DNA from: the human T2T-CHM13v2.0 reference genome, Homo sapiens
DNA: 64,000 nt
Reading direction: 5' to 3' (one strand)
NCBI RefSeq assembly: GCF_009914755.1
Contig: NC_060935.1
The notes under the pieces are model-generated. The model was not told where the DNA came from. It saw nothing but the letters and a program-made list of their open reading frames with translations, and made no database searches. The position numbers and the translations under genes were made by a program. Positions 1 through 14,529 of this stretch are shown here, piece after piece. Numbering within the stretch: position 1 is the stretch's first letter; each line of letters opens with the position of its first letter.

Positions 1-230
1 TTTAGGCAAAGGAAAGAGCCACGTCAGAGACCCAGTAGCAGAAACCAACTTAGTATGATCCAGCAACTCCCAGAAGGTTAAGAGTGATTAAAACACAGGA
101 GGAGGGGAGTAGAGGGACCAGGGACACTCATGTGGCAGGGGATGCAAACAGGGTCCACATTCCTTAAGTCCCTATAGGCCAGGTAGGGGGTTTGGGTTGT
201 ATTTTCATTACAAATTGAAGTTCCTTAGTG
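1..230. mobile_element. Decayed L2 fragment
   Basis: 'ataggccaggtagggggtttgggttgtattttc' resembles the L2 motif 'ggccatggtaaggagtttggattttattc'. Confidence 0.45.
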
Positions 231-2879
231 TTACTGCAGCTGAAAAGTTTAAATTGTTTATTTTATCATGCTGATGATGTATATTCATATTCAATAAAAT
301 AGTATGTAATGCACCTCCAAATACCTACAATGCCTCCACTGATACAGAAAATAGTATAACAAGGAAAGTGGTCAGTGCCTTTTTAATATAAATTCAGTAC
401 TGTATACAACCGTTAAACTCTTGTGAATTCTGTGTCATCAAGGAAAAAAGATAGCCTTAACTTACTGCTAGAAAACTAGGTGAGTTTTGAGCTAAGACAG
501 TAATAAAGCTATCTTCTATACAAAATAGCACAATACAACAATAAAAGCATGGATACAATTTCCTCCGTACTAAAAATTTCCAAAAAATTGTGAAGTCACA
601 TATAAGTAGGGATTAAAAAGAACTATGGAAAAATGAAACTCTTAAATAAGAGGTTAAATGAGAAAAACGATTTGTGATGACTCAAATGGTTAATCCTTAT
701 CTCTCAATTCACATGTGGGTGTGGTGAGGCACCCATAAGAGTAAAGAGTATGTACTTATACTGAGACCAGTGCTTCAGAGCACTGTCTCAGTGTGGCTTT
801 GTAACAATGATCTATTCTATTAGTATTCACCCCAACTAACAGATGAAGAAAATACTATAATTCTTTAAGTAGATGCTGAAAAGCATCAGCTATCTCACAA
901 AGTAGAAAGAATATGAGGGTTTATTCAAGGTATTTTTCTATTTAAACTCCATGTGGTAAGAGATTAAACTATTGCTTTGTTAATCGCAGTTTTCTTGTTA
1001 AACGGTGAATAACATATTTATTCACTCAATTTCTTTGTTATTTTTGTCTGGAAGACATGCTTCTATTTTCTATTCTCAAAAGCCTATTTTACAATTGACT
1101 GAAACTCATGTATTTTTAAATTTCTTGTTTAAACAAACTACAGTAACAAAATAATATTAAATGCAGATATTTAACTGTTGAAAGTCTTTGTTATCAATAA
1201 ACACCTGTATAATCAAAAGATCTCCTTTCTCTCTGTTCTAACTTACCAATAATGTAAGTGTTATAAACATATTTTAAAACTGAGAAAAACCTAGGAAAGT
1301 TAATCTTTGAGATCTTTTAATAGTCAATAAAAATGTAATCTGATGTTAAAAAATTTCTAATGGAGATAATTATGACATGTCATTTTAATACCCTGCTGAG
1401 GTAATGTTTTAGTTATTTTAACTTTATGGGAGGCAATTATGCTACCTTTTTATTAGTATCAACAATTGGCTTTCAGATTTTATAGTCATTATCAAACATA
1501 CACTTGCATCAAACCACTTCTGGTCAATTTCAATCCCTAATGAACTTTGCTTCTTTTAAGCACTATTCAAAACCACAATGAAATCTTTCATGTAATTCAG
1601 ATCTGAAGAACAGATTTTCAAAATGACTCAAGTGCTGATAAGACTGTTTTACACCATGAGAGAACTTTAACTCTATCTAACTTCACCACTGCACCCACTC
1701 TACTAACAAACGTATGAACATTTCCTCCTTAAAGAAAACAGGCCTGACACAGAGCAGCTCTTTGTGTTTCTGATGTATATGAAAACATCCCAAAGCCTTT
1801 AAAAAAAAGTTTGTTTTACCTCCACTCCATACACTCATCCCAATTTTGGAGATAATTTAAACTAAGCAATTTGCTCCATGAATGATAAGCACAGTATGCT
1901 TTTCTAAAACATGAAAGAGAAACCTATGATTTCTGTGAAAAACATCACTTTAAATCATCTACATTACCAATAAATGTCTCGTACTTTAATGTACTTATTG
2001 ACCACAAATTAGAGAGAATATTTGTATTTTTTTGGTAATTTTTCTGTTCTACAGTTGAAAATGAGATTTTAGTCTTCTCTTTATTACCCTTTAAACTAGA
2101 CAAAATAATTGAGTATTTTGATTATTAAATCTTACAAAATGACAATTCAATATGAAGGTCTTGAAGTAAAATATATTCTTAAGAAGCAAAAGAAAACATG
2201 ACTATTTAAAATGCCTGATGAATTCAGGTCCAAGAGAAGTCAGATGACTTGTCCTGTGTATATCCACCCGAGGTGAGAGAGTGTGTGAAGTCAGCCGAAT
2301 AACATTTCTATAAGGGAACTCATTCCCATTGATTCATTTTAAGAGTCTACCTAGAACATACCCAATTAGCTGTGGTGAAAAACAAATCCTTATGTTCCAT
2401 AACTTACCATTTTAGTGAAGGAAGCTACTTAATACAACCACCTTAAATTAAACTTTCATTTCAACTAAGAATTGAATGGCCAACACCGTGGATATTCCTT
2501 GTTTATGGGTTAGATACAGTTTAAAGTTTAACTTTACAGCATATATTTTTATTTTCACATTCATTGCTCATTAACTACTAGAATATCTAATCTAAAATCA
2601 AATGGTAACCTATAATTTATAATTTCCAGGGATGTCTCTTTGGTGCCGTTAAAAATGGCTTTATGTTAGCAAACTGATGGGACAAGCAGCTCAATCATTT
2701 TCACGCTGTATTTTCTAACTTGCGTGCATTTCCTACTATTTGCAGTTATTTCAAAGTATAATACAAAACCTAAGAGACAAATTGTATGCAAATATGTGAT
2801 GTCGCTAAAACACAATTTTATACCAGCACACATAAGGGTGATAACTATTAACATTTTTTATTCAGAGTGCTTCTGGGGA

Positions 2880-3037
2880 GATTATTTGTTATTTAAAATT
2901 AGACTTCTGAATTCTACCTTTAAAAAGAAAACCAGCATTACTTCTAGGATATAGCCTAGGGTTCTGCATTTTAGCAGTCTCCCCCTAGTGAGTCTGTTGC
3001 AAAGTGTGGTCAAAGTACCACACTTAGAGAAACTATG
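2880..3037. mobile_element. MER5-like hAT MITE fragment
   Basis: 'ctgcattttagcagtctcccc...accacacttagagaaactatg' resembles the MER5A/B end. Confidence 0.45.
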
Positions 3038-3580
3038 CCCCAGAGTCCCATTGCATTTGGTATTTAGGACATGAAGTGAGGCAATGCAAATTTGTATTCA
3101 TTATTCTAGTAGAAGCTAATGAAGTTCCTTGTTTTGAAGAATACTTTTTCATTTTTTCCGAGAAGTTCCCTTGACAAAATTGAGGAATTACAATCGATTT
3201 GTTCTGATTATCATTACCACACGAAACAGAAACCTCTTTGTGGCTGTTTCTTGACAGTCAAGGCACAAGACACTAAAACTTCTGTACACACATAACTGGT
3301 TCCAAAGGGATGCTGATCACCAGCAGTGCACAAGTTCATGGAAGTACACCCAGCAGTGAATACCCAGTAGCTTTCTCTCAGCCTCTAAGACAAGAGAAGA
3401 GGTAAACAGAACCACCTCCTTCTCCCTCACCAAAGGACGTTTTGATAACATTGACTAGCTATCTCTGTTTTTATTTCAGATGAAAGGATAAATCTCCTCT
3501 TTCCTTACAATTCTAGTTATTTACATCTTTAACAGCCAGAGTAGTCTCTTGGTGAGTCAAGAAACCAAGAAGTTACTTAC

Positions 3581-3652
3581 AAAGACTGCAAAGCACTCAG
3601 CCCTCGAATGGCTTCACTGGGTACTGTTTTCAACTGATTATTCTGGAGCGTT
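3581..3652 (-). CDS. LGR4: LGR4 coding exon 4 (72 nt, one LRR: (L)TLQNNQLKTVPSEAIRGLSALQS(L))
   Basis: The reverse complement reads cactaac...ttttctttcag|A ACG CTC CAG AAT AAT CAG TTG ... CAG TCT TT|gtaagt. A branch-point-like CACTAAC lies at 3670-3676. The peptide fits the LRR consensus LxLxxNxLxxVP. Confidence 0.97.
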
Positions 3653-4140
3653 CTGAAAGAAAATTTTTGGTTAGTGAGTAACAAGTGATAGTTACCATTT
3701 TTTCTTAGAAAAATTCAGAGCCTTTTTTTTTTTTTTCAAAAAATATTTCCAATGGGAAAATGGGGGGGAGGTGGAGGTGGAAAGCATCTAAGACAAGAGA
3801 ATTGCAAAACTTCAAGAAGCACTTGTTGTAAAGCCAGAAAGGAAATCTATACTGCTATCCCAAGCCATGCCCTAATACAGACTTGCTGGGTAATCCATGT
3901 TTCCAAGGGTGGTTTTGTTTCTGGTAATTAAGGCACACTAGTTAATGTTCATCACCCTGGGTGCTATTAGTTAATGTTAATTAGGAGCTATAACAAGTTA
4001 ACTGGGAGGTATAATAAGCAAATCCGTTGGAATTCCTAATGCCTTTTCAAATTGGAATAAAGCAGAGCCCGGAAACATGGACATTAGGTAAAGCCAATTT
4101 TTTCAAGCGGATGGCAGATCCCAAGCTCTTAAGGAACAGC

Positions 4141-4315
4141 AGGCATGTCCTCAATGCATGTGGGGCCAGAAGAGAGAGCTTTGATCATCTACTAGTTAGG
4201 GCCTGCCAAATAGATGCATAGATCCATACTGAAAATGAAATCCTTTTGATTTTTTTGCCTGAAGCCATTCCTGTCACATTAATAAAATGACTGCCTGACG
4301 TGAGTCATAACCACA
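4141..4315. promoter_or_regulatory. Putative intronic enhancer motif cluster (p53 half-site, TCF/LEF, TEAD, CRE-half/AP-1, RUNX)
   Basis: AGGCATGTCC 4141-4150; CTTTGAT 4179-4185; CATTCCT 4266-4272; TGACG+TGAGTCA 4296-4307; AACCACA 4309-4315. No repeat recognised here. Motif evidence only. Confidence 0.35.
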
Positions 4316-4927
4316 GAATAGAAGAGATAAAGGTCCCACCTAGCTCACTGAACCAGAGAGGTCTAATGACCTTCTGAAGGTCATCCAGCATGGTAGTGGC
4401 AGAAGTGGGGGCAGTCAGTTCACCTGTTTCCTAATCTGCCATACTCCAGGCTCCTGACCACTGCCAAGAATTTATTTCCTCACCATTCGCTGGCTATACA
4501 AATTGTAGGCATCTGAATTCCCTTGAGCTCTAAAATTATTTTAACATTTGGAGCACTTGTAAGCCTTTTTCCCTTTTAGAGTCAGGTAATTCAAAGTTCT
4601 TATAGCTATAAAATAAGTAGAAACAAAACCCTACCAGTAAAACTGAAGTAAGGGTTTGCTCCAATGCATTAGGCACCCAAAAAGCCTAACATTCAACCGT
4701 AATATACTGGAGGTCAGAATACGTATTATTTAGAGTTTTAACTTTTGTTAATCTAGATGCAGGGTTGCCTAAATCAAACTCTGGCCTCCCATACTACTCA
4801 CTGGCCACTCCTTAAATCTTTTAATCCTGAACTAAAAGAAACTGTGCTTAACCTAGTTCCAAGCATGTTGACTACGCAGAAAGAAAATACACAGCCAGCT
4901 GTGAAACTCTAAAATTGCATTACTTAC

Positions 4928-4999
4928 AGAACTTTGAGTTCTTTCAACCCAGACAAGGCCTTTGGGTGGATAAAAGAAAGGTCGTTGCCCGCCAATTGT
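4928..4999 (-). CDS. LGR4: LGR4 coding exon 3 (72 nt, one LRR: (L)QLAGNDLSFIHPKALSGLKELKV(L))
   Basis: The reverse complement reads T15-ctctag|A CAA TTG GCG GGC AAC GAC CTT ... AAA GTT CT|gtaagt. It splices in frame between exons 2 and 4. Confidence 0.97.
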
Positions 5000-6420
5000 C
5001 TAGAGAAAAAAAAAAAAAAAGTAGCAAGAAAAAAATAGTAATTCAGACTTAAAATTCAGAACTTACAAAAACCTAATCTGTGATTAAAACTCTATGTTAA
5101 ACATTTCTCAAGTCTATCTGACATTAAACGTGGACTTAAACCCTTGCTAAAATGATCCTGTGAATCTTCCAATGAGATAAATGTCTCTAGAATTTTTTTT
5201 TAAGTCCCAATACAATAATTTAAGCAGGCACATTTTTATTCTGGTGAGGTCAAGCAAGCCAAAACACATTAAACCAAATTAAGTTTGCTATTCATGGTCA
5301 CTCTGCAGCTTGCAGTGTTTTCTAAGGGCCTCATAAATACAAGACTACTGGTCAGCAGGCAAGAGTGTTTATACAGATTAGAGCAAACCAGTCTGTCAAG
5401 GAAGAATGCTTTTGGGAGGAAAGTCAGCCTGTTATCTCTGCATAACCAAGGGCAGCATATCCAGTGCAAAAGAGAGGCAAAAAGTGTGAGTCATTGAAAG
5501 CATAACTTTCCAAACAATGGCCTATATATTTTTTTCTGAAGTAAAGAGGTTTTCCTAAAGAAATTTTGACATGACAAATTCAAGTGGAGATAAAAGTAGA
5601 ATAAGGAAAGGATAAGAATTCTTTGGATCCTTTTGTAAGAAATCTGAGCACCCAATTCATACTGAGCCCTACTTTTCCTCCTATTTCCCTGGGCATAGAG
5701 AAATAGAAGAAAAACTTGAACAGAGGATATTAGGGAGAAGAATCAGGATGCAGGGCAGTGATTCACATAAGTTAACTTGTAGACAGGTGAAGTGAAGGAA
5801 GGTTTTCAAATGTGTACTCAAAAATGATGATTGTGTGTTCATATGATCAAACACAGGACTCTCCTGGGTCCTGGTTCTGTCAGGGATACTCTCCTAAACA
5901 GCTAGATTCTGTAACTATGTATATATATATTTTAATGCTCTCTTCTACACATGTCTCAGGACCACATAGTCACCAAGTCCTCCTTTAAAATTCCTCTGTT
6001 AAAATTTATAATTAAATTTTTTAATTTAAAAAATATATAAAACTTAACATTTATAATCCCTCCTTTAAAAGGTATGTATTTCCACTATTCTTCCTATTCC
6101 CTCCCTAAAAACTCTGCATCCCTAAGCCTTATTCATTAATTCATTCATTAATTTAAAAATGAGTACCTACTAAGTGCCAGACACACAACATCTTTAGGTT
6201 CCCCCACTTCTAATCTGTTCTACTTGTATATCCTGATTTTAGGGATACAAGAAAGACACTTTACCAGCCTTAAAATGTGAAGTCACTGTGGCCTGAAGCT
6301 CTACTTTTAGATGCATTATTTTCTCTTGAAGTGGTGTTCCAGTTACTAATAAAATGCAAATTGCCCTGGGAAGTGTAATCCTTACCTAGCATTAACACAG
6401 AGGCGATTGCACTGAAGATT

Positions 6421-6449
6421 GGGGGGGGGGGGGGGGGCGCGGGAAGGGG
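6421..6449 (+). repeat. G17 homopolymer followed by further G-runs
   Basis: 17 consecutive G at 6421-6437, then cgcgggaagggg. Confidence 0.95.
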
Positions 6450-6646
6450 ACAGAAAAGCAAACAGCCAAAAGACCCAGAAACCAAAGGGGTAAGTATGAA
6501 GAATTATTTCTTCAATGGCAAGAATAACAATGCCGGATTCTCAGGCGATACCACCAAGTAGCACAGTTCATGCTCCTAAACTAAATTCTTCCTAAAAAGT
6601 CCTCCCACCATACACTTTGTTTCTTACAAGGCATCCAAGTACCTAA

Positions 6647-7174
<528 letters not shown>

Positions 7175-10100
7175 TAGCAACCTCATTTGTACCCCCTTAA
7201 ACACCCAACTGCAATGCTGCTCCTCTTGAAAGCTTCAGTTCTTATAAATGTGCCCTATGCTTGAACACTCGGAGCTCATAAACTTGGGTCACAAGCTACC
7301 GTCTACTGGTTGTTTCTTGTACATTAGTCTTGTGGGCCAAGTACAAATGCCTTCAAGAACAGGATGTGCATCTCAAACTTCTGTTACCACCCACCAACAT
7401 GCCAATTCATGAAACAGAAACTGCTTTCTCAGAAGCTCCTCCTTGAAAATGCTCACCATTCCGATGCCATAGCATCCCAAAGTCTACCTTAGTGCAAGCT
7501 TGGTACAAGCAATCTCAAAGGGACCCCGGTCTCACCCATTAAATTCAACTGATAATGCTCACAGCTGTAATGCAAAGTGCTTAAAAGGTCACATTTTAAA
7601 AGATCAAATTGCACCATAAAAGCCATAAGAGGCAGTAGCCATCTTTCCCCAGGGCCTCAGATAGCCCTGTGACTGCTCTTCCAAGTGTTAAAAAGCTAGA
7701 GTCCTCCAAAAAAGAAACACTATAAACAGAGTAAGGCTGTTACAGGATTCTTATTATTCTTTTGTCTCTAATATTAGTTGTGAATGTCCTTGTATCTATG
7801 GGCTTTCCTTGAGTTCAGCCTATTGTGCTGGGCTCATAAAAAAAAAAAAGTATTTTATAAAGTAACAAAGTGGCAAAATGCAGAACACCTGATTATCTTA
7901 ACTTGTCAACAGAAAAGAGTGTTTGACCACATTAGCCAAAATATTTGCTTCCTTTTCCCAAATCTCTGCCCGTTTTATAAACCATGAGAAAACTAAAGTC
8001 ACCTAACTTCAAAAAGCATTCTCTTTCTCCTCTATTTATCTTTAATATAAATGACAAAATGAGCTCTGCATGAGGCTTATCCTGAAATACAAGCCAACGA
8101 TCTGGAGAAATAAACACTACTAGTATGTGGTGGACAGTGATAATGCTGTCCAAGAGGACACTCTACTTTGATTACTTAGTTTGTTAGTAGAGTAAACATA
8201 TCCTGTGGAGCCTTCAGGAATGTATCTACGTAAGTTTACGGAGCTGCTGTGTTAATGAGTAACAAGCACAGCAGCGTGGTAAAAGCTCTGCAGCTCCAGT
8301 AATTGCACCCGCCAGAAGCTCTTCACATGTTGCTTATTTTATGAGCTAGTATTTCTTATAGTAAACCTTGGGGATGCTTCATGTCTAAAAGCTCAGATTC
8401 AGAAAAGAGCAAAGTAAATAAATAGCAAGGTTAGGAAAAAAATCCCAAATTCTTTGGAAGAAAAAAACTATACGCCTACAGTAGTTGCAGACACTGTGAT
8501 ACTGATAGCTGGTACACAAACATTCTTTCATTTTAATCATCTCAAGACAACTGCCCTGCTTTTCTGAGTCCCTGAGTGGTTAGGTGACTTGGCATAAGTC
8601 ACACTGCTTGTACATGAAGGAGCCAGCATTCCAGTTCTCTTGCCCGGCTGGCTGAAATACTTATCCACTTCTACCTGTATTGTGATGCCTCTGGTAGTCA
8701 CCAAAAGATTAGGAAATAATTCACAGAAAAGGTGGGGCAGAGTGGACTTGAGCAAGTTAACAGCCTTGTCTGAGTATCAATAGATGTCACCTAGCAGAAT
8801 AAAGCTAGTAAGGAGAGACTATGCATTAGGAGCCCAGAACTGCAGTTACGGAGAAGTTCCTAACAGACCTACAGTGCCATCCTTCCCATAGCCAAAGATG
8901 ACCAGCAAGAGGGGCTGAGAATGGGATTCCCTGAGTGCCCAAAGGTAGGGCATGCCCTAAACTCAGTGAGACTTAGTTAAGGATACATACCATTCTCTGT
9001 TGTTTGTTTTTTATTATTATTTTTTTTATTTTTTTAGGCAACTCCGGAGGAAAAAGAGGTGGCTGATCCTGAGCAGGAATTTGGCCCTCTATTAGCAAAG
9101 ACCAGCCACTTCCCATTCCATGCCTGGGTTTGCACTTCTGTGCTATAGCCAACAGTTTTCGTAGCTTCTCACTACTTCAGGACCTATTGGCTGCCCTCAG
9201 AAAACCTTTTTCATTGACTAAATCTTGTTATTTATATTTTTCTTTTTGTCCCACAAACAATATTCTTTTACTATTTTCCAGTGGCTGTGAAATACTAAAG
9301 GAAAAAGATAATTAGGGTGAAAAAATAAGAGTGAAAGTGGTATGGTTTTCTGTTTGTGAAGGTGGAGAGTCCCAGGCATCAGTTCTTTCCCCTCCGTGTT
9401 CTGTTTCCAAAGACCACGAGAGTGTCTCTCTGCAAGGTTTCAACCCATCCACTCTTTGACTCTTCCTGTTATCACCTGATTTTTTTTCCTCCTGGACTAC
9501 TGCCATGAACTTCCACAGGATTCCTGTCTCAAACCACTTAATCTGAAAAAGCACAATTCTAAGCATTTTCCCAAAGGCTCTCTTTTCCCCTGGTGCAACT
9601 AAGCACCGTTATTACATCCAAACACACCATGCATTGCCACCTCTGACTCTTGGCTCACACCATCTCCTTCACTTGAAATACCCACAACTCTGCCCTCTAC
9701 AAACTGAAGCCTTGTTCAAGTTGTCCAAGTAGGGTACGCTACCACCGGTATGAACTCATGATATCACCTTCCTTTGATTCCACGGGTACCTTAGACAAAG
9801 CTATCCCATTGGGTGCATCTTATTCTGCCTTTAGTTCCTTTGTACTGCTCTGATCTTCTTCAATGATCTTATATGTCCCTCATGAGCAGGGACTAGGTCA
9901 TCTTTATTCTATATTCCCTTGTATGACCCCTTACAAAGACAAGACACTTGGTATTTGCTATAATGTCTCCGCTAAGCCCCATTGTAAGACTCTGGATTTG
10001 CAAAGCTAATATTACTACTAAAAGGGTGAGAAAGCTTCCTGATTATTTTCCCTTTTCTGCAACTTTTCTTATTTCATTTCTACTCCCTCACTCTCCTAAC

Positions 10101-11398
10101 AGGAAAGAACTACGTGGCTAAAGTGTCGAATGCCAGGGCAAACATTTTATTTCTCGACATATGCTGGAAGCATATTTTCTTAAGGAAAGGTGGGGAGGAA
10201 CTCTAAACATGGGAACATCAGTCCACTGGTCCACAGTAGTATCTCAACACACGCTGTGTTGTGCACATGATCACACAGAATTAAAACAAGTCTAGCAGGA
10301 TTTCAAAGGGGACACCGTTTACCTCAAGGCAACTCCCACTTACTCTGTTTGCTACAACAGCCCCAGAAGCAAAGAGAGCAAAGACAGAGAATGGAGAGAA
10401 AGAGAAAGGGCAGAGGAGAAGCAAAAAGTAATCCTCTAGATTTCCGCTTTCCCACTGGATTTGGAACCATTCCAGGAAGCGGCATACAAGTGGCTCAGTG
10501 TGCAATGTCTCTATGAATCTCTTTTGTGTGCATTTATTATTCATAAAGACCATGGATTGACATTAGGGGCTCCTTCCAGGGAAAGCTTTTTGGAAAGCAA
10601 GAATTTTCAATAATATCCTTGACTCTTAATGCATATATGACCTGAAATTTCCTATCTGCTCTCCCTTCCAGCAGGGGGAAAATGCAGGAACTGCGCTGTC
10701 TTAAATATGGGGCACTGGTCAAGGGTGTGTGTGAAGGACTAGGCCACATGTCAGATGGTAATCTGGGCCAAAGTTAACTCCTTCATGAAATGCACTGAGC
10801 GACACTAGAGTTTCTTCACTTAGGAAGCAGCTTAAAAAACAAGAGAGGCAAGTGTGAAATAGAGAATTTACCAATTGGTGTTATTTCTCTGAGAAATGAT
10901 GGGACTTAGGTTTCTTGTGGTCTATTACAGAAATTTCATTGTAGCCTTTTGGCTGGAATTCTAGCCAAGAATTAGTGGAGTAAGAAATACCATATATACA
11001 CTGATTAGACATATGGACTGAGCAGCAGGGAGGGCACATGAGGATTCAGTGGCTTTCAGCAGCTGTTGCGAGGAGACGTCGGGCAGAAAAAGCAGAGGGA
11101 GACTACAGCAACTGTGCACACAAATAATAGAGTGCTTTCTTACTAATGGCAATTTCCCTTTCCCCTTATGGAGAGGTTGAAGACTAGATAATAAAGCCAG
11201 AAGACAGTGACCACAGCCTCCCATTCACTCATGTTCCTACCTTCCCTTTGCAGAGGTGGTTACCAGATGGCCTGGCATTGGGCTCCCGTCAAGTCCTGCC
11301 TGAAAAGTACTTCGAGCACCACCATTCCCTTCTGACCAACATTTATCTACCCCTCAGCAATGTTTTCTCCTCTTCCTCTTTCTCTCTCTCTCTCTTTC

Positions 11399-11699
11399 TC
11401 TTTTTTGAGACGGAGTTTCATTCTTGTTGCCCAGGCTGGAGTGCAATGGCAGGATCTTGGCTCACTGCAACTGCCGCCTCCCAGGTTCAAGCGATTTCTC
11501 CTCCTGCCTCAGCCTCCCAAGTAGCTGGGATTACAGCCATGTACCACCACACTCGGCTAATTCTGTATTTTCAGTAGAGACTGGGGTTTCACCAAGTTGG
11601 TCAGGCTGGTCTCAAACTCCTGACCTCAGGTGATCCACCCCCCTCAGCCTGCCAAAGTCCTGGGATTACAGGTGTGAGTCTGAGTCACCAGGCCTGGCC
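11399..11699 (-). mobile_element. AluS (Sp/Sq-like) with CT-rich tail
   Basis: Full dimeric Alu, antisense. Confidence 0.95.
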
Positions 11700-11964
11700 C
11701 TCCTTGTTTCTTTCTATACCTACTTTTGAAGACACACATAGGAAGTATCACAGGTGGTACCCAAACACAGCCAGGCTGCTTCTCCTGGGATGCCATTCTA
11801 TTCCCTCAAATGGATGGATCACCACAGTGCCGCATATGTGTAAAGAACACTAGGCACAACCACCAGCCCATGATACTGCCTCCAGAGAAAGCATTTCTAG
11901 TTCAAAACTGAACTAAGGCATTTAACAGGATGTGAGTGACATTCTTTTATTAAATGTAATTTGA

Positions 11965-12343
<379 letters not shown>

Positions 12344-12526
12344 TGAGCCATATATTTATTAATATGTCAAGGGCTGACTATGTGTTCAGAACTATGTTGG
12401 CTCCTGTGAGAAATAAAAACTGAAAGAGGTACACTGGTTCCCATGTAGGGGCATTTGGTATCAATATATGTAATAAAAAACTATCATTTGTGTAGTACTT
12501 CTCATTTTCGTCATCCTATTATTATA

Positions 12527-12755
12527 CAGGTTGAGCATCCCTAATCTGAAAATGTGAAATCTGAAATGCTCCAAAATTTGAAGCTTTTTGAGTGTTGACA
12601 TGCATGACACTCAAAGGAAATGTTCATTGGGTATTTTGAATTTCAGATATTCAGATTTAGGATGCTCAAGCGATGTAAATATTCTAAAATCTGAAAAAAT
12701 CTGAAATACAAAACACTTATGGTCCCAAGTATTTCAAATAAGGGGTACTCAACCT
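12527..12755 (+). mobile_element. Tigger4a/Zombi (MER46A-like) MITE inserted in a MIR
   Basis: TA|CAGGTTGAGCATCCCTAATC ... ggggtactcaacct terminal inverted repeats and internal tctgaaa repeats. Confidence 0.85.
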
Positions 12756-12953
12756 ACTGGCCCTCAAAACCACCCTGTGTCATGGGTCAAGCAAGCTTAT
12801 CGCCCCCTACTCCTCCTGCTTTTTTTGTTTTTCTTTTTTAACAGATAAGGAATGTGAGCCTGTTTCCTACGTGCCTTCTCCAAAGACCTACAGCACCTAA
12901 ATAATGTAAATCCCAGGAATAAAACAATGTAAATAAACTAATGTAAATCCTAG

Positions 12954-13355
<402 letters not shown>

Positions 13356-14529
13356 TAACAACTAATAGCATCCTTTATAGTTCTGCTTCGACACTGTTGC
13401 TATCAGTATAAACCTCATCTAAGAAAGCACATCAGAACAGTCCTATATCAACTAATGATGTACTACCCCATTTCTTCACATACTAGGGAAGACTTTTGCA
13501 TCTTCATATAACTCTTATGAAAGTATATGTAAAAATTTTATATGTTTTAAGAATATACATGAATTAAGAAACCCTTATTATGGAAATTCTCAAGGTTTTA
13601 GAATAGCTTTCATTTGCTGAGAAGGGAGAAGTTATTTCACACATATTTCATATTATATATTTCCATTTAAATGCACAACAATGAAAGCAGTAATGCTTAA
13701 CAAAAAATAAGTACGTTTCTGCTAAAACTTGGTTTATAGGCCATCTAGAACTCTTCTACCTACTAAAGAGCTTTATATTCAATTCACGGAAACTTTAAGT
13801 TCCACCTGCACCGAATTGGCCTTTGCGTCTCCCACTTCTTACAGGAACCCATGGAATACTTTATTTTAGAGGTAAATCAGTAAAAACCCAGGCAACAGTT
13901 ATACTTCCTGAGCAAAGTTATCCTGACAACCTAGTCATTTACCCTCTGGCAATAAACACATGCAATATCCACCCATGTGAGGAAATAATATGTTCCAGCT
14001 TTAAAAAAAAAATACAGCTAACGTCAACCAACAAATATTTATTGAGTTTTTACTACAGGCTAAGTACCCTAAGCATGGCAAAGGAGGTATTGAGTTTTCC
14101 CAGGACATTTCTCATTTCATTTCTTTTAAATAAGGACAGTTCATTAATCACAAACTTCAACAGAATTCCGTTTTTATATAGACTGATAAGGTTTCTTACA
14201 TCAATCAATTCAAAATGAGAAGAAATCCTTTGTCTTAACCCCTCCCTCAATTTCAAGTTCAAGAATGTGGTAACTGTCACCAAGGTCATATAGAAGTGTG
14301 ACAACAGGCCCTGCCCTTCCTTAGAGAAAAGTCAATAGAGTTGAGGGGATAAGTACACACTGACACACTTGAAGCACGAAATAACAAGGCATGCAATACG
14401 CTGCTAAGTGGTGAGAAGTAGAGAGTGCAAGAGGGGCTTGGAAAAGGAAGATCAGAGAAGGCTTCATATGGCAGAAAGGGCTCAAAATGGCTCTATAAAA
14501 ATGGGTAAAATGTGAATATAGAGAGGTAC

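Noticed and set aside
1-3580. Search for LGR4 exon 5 at the left end
   Set aside because: No further LRR-coding exon with splice sites was found; it presumably lies outside the window.
10668-10680. CTCF-like words (ccagcaggggga; also 54397 ccagtagatgacag)
   Set aside because: They mismatch at core GGC positions and cannot be supported from sequence alone.
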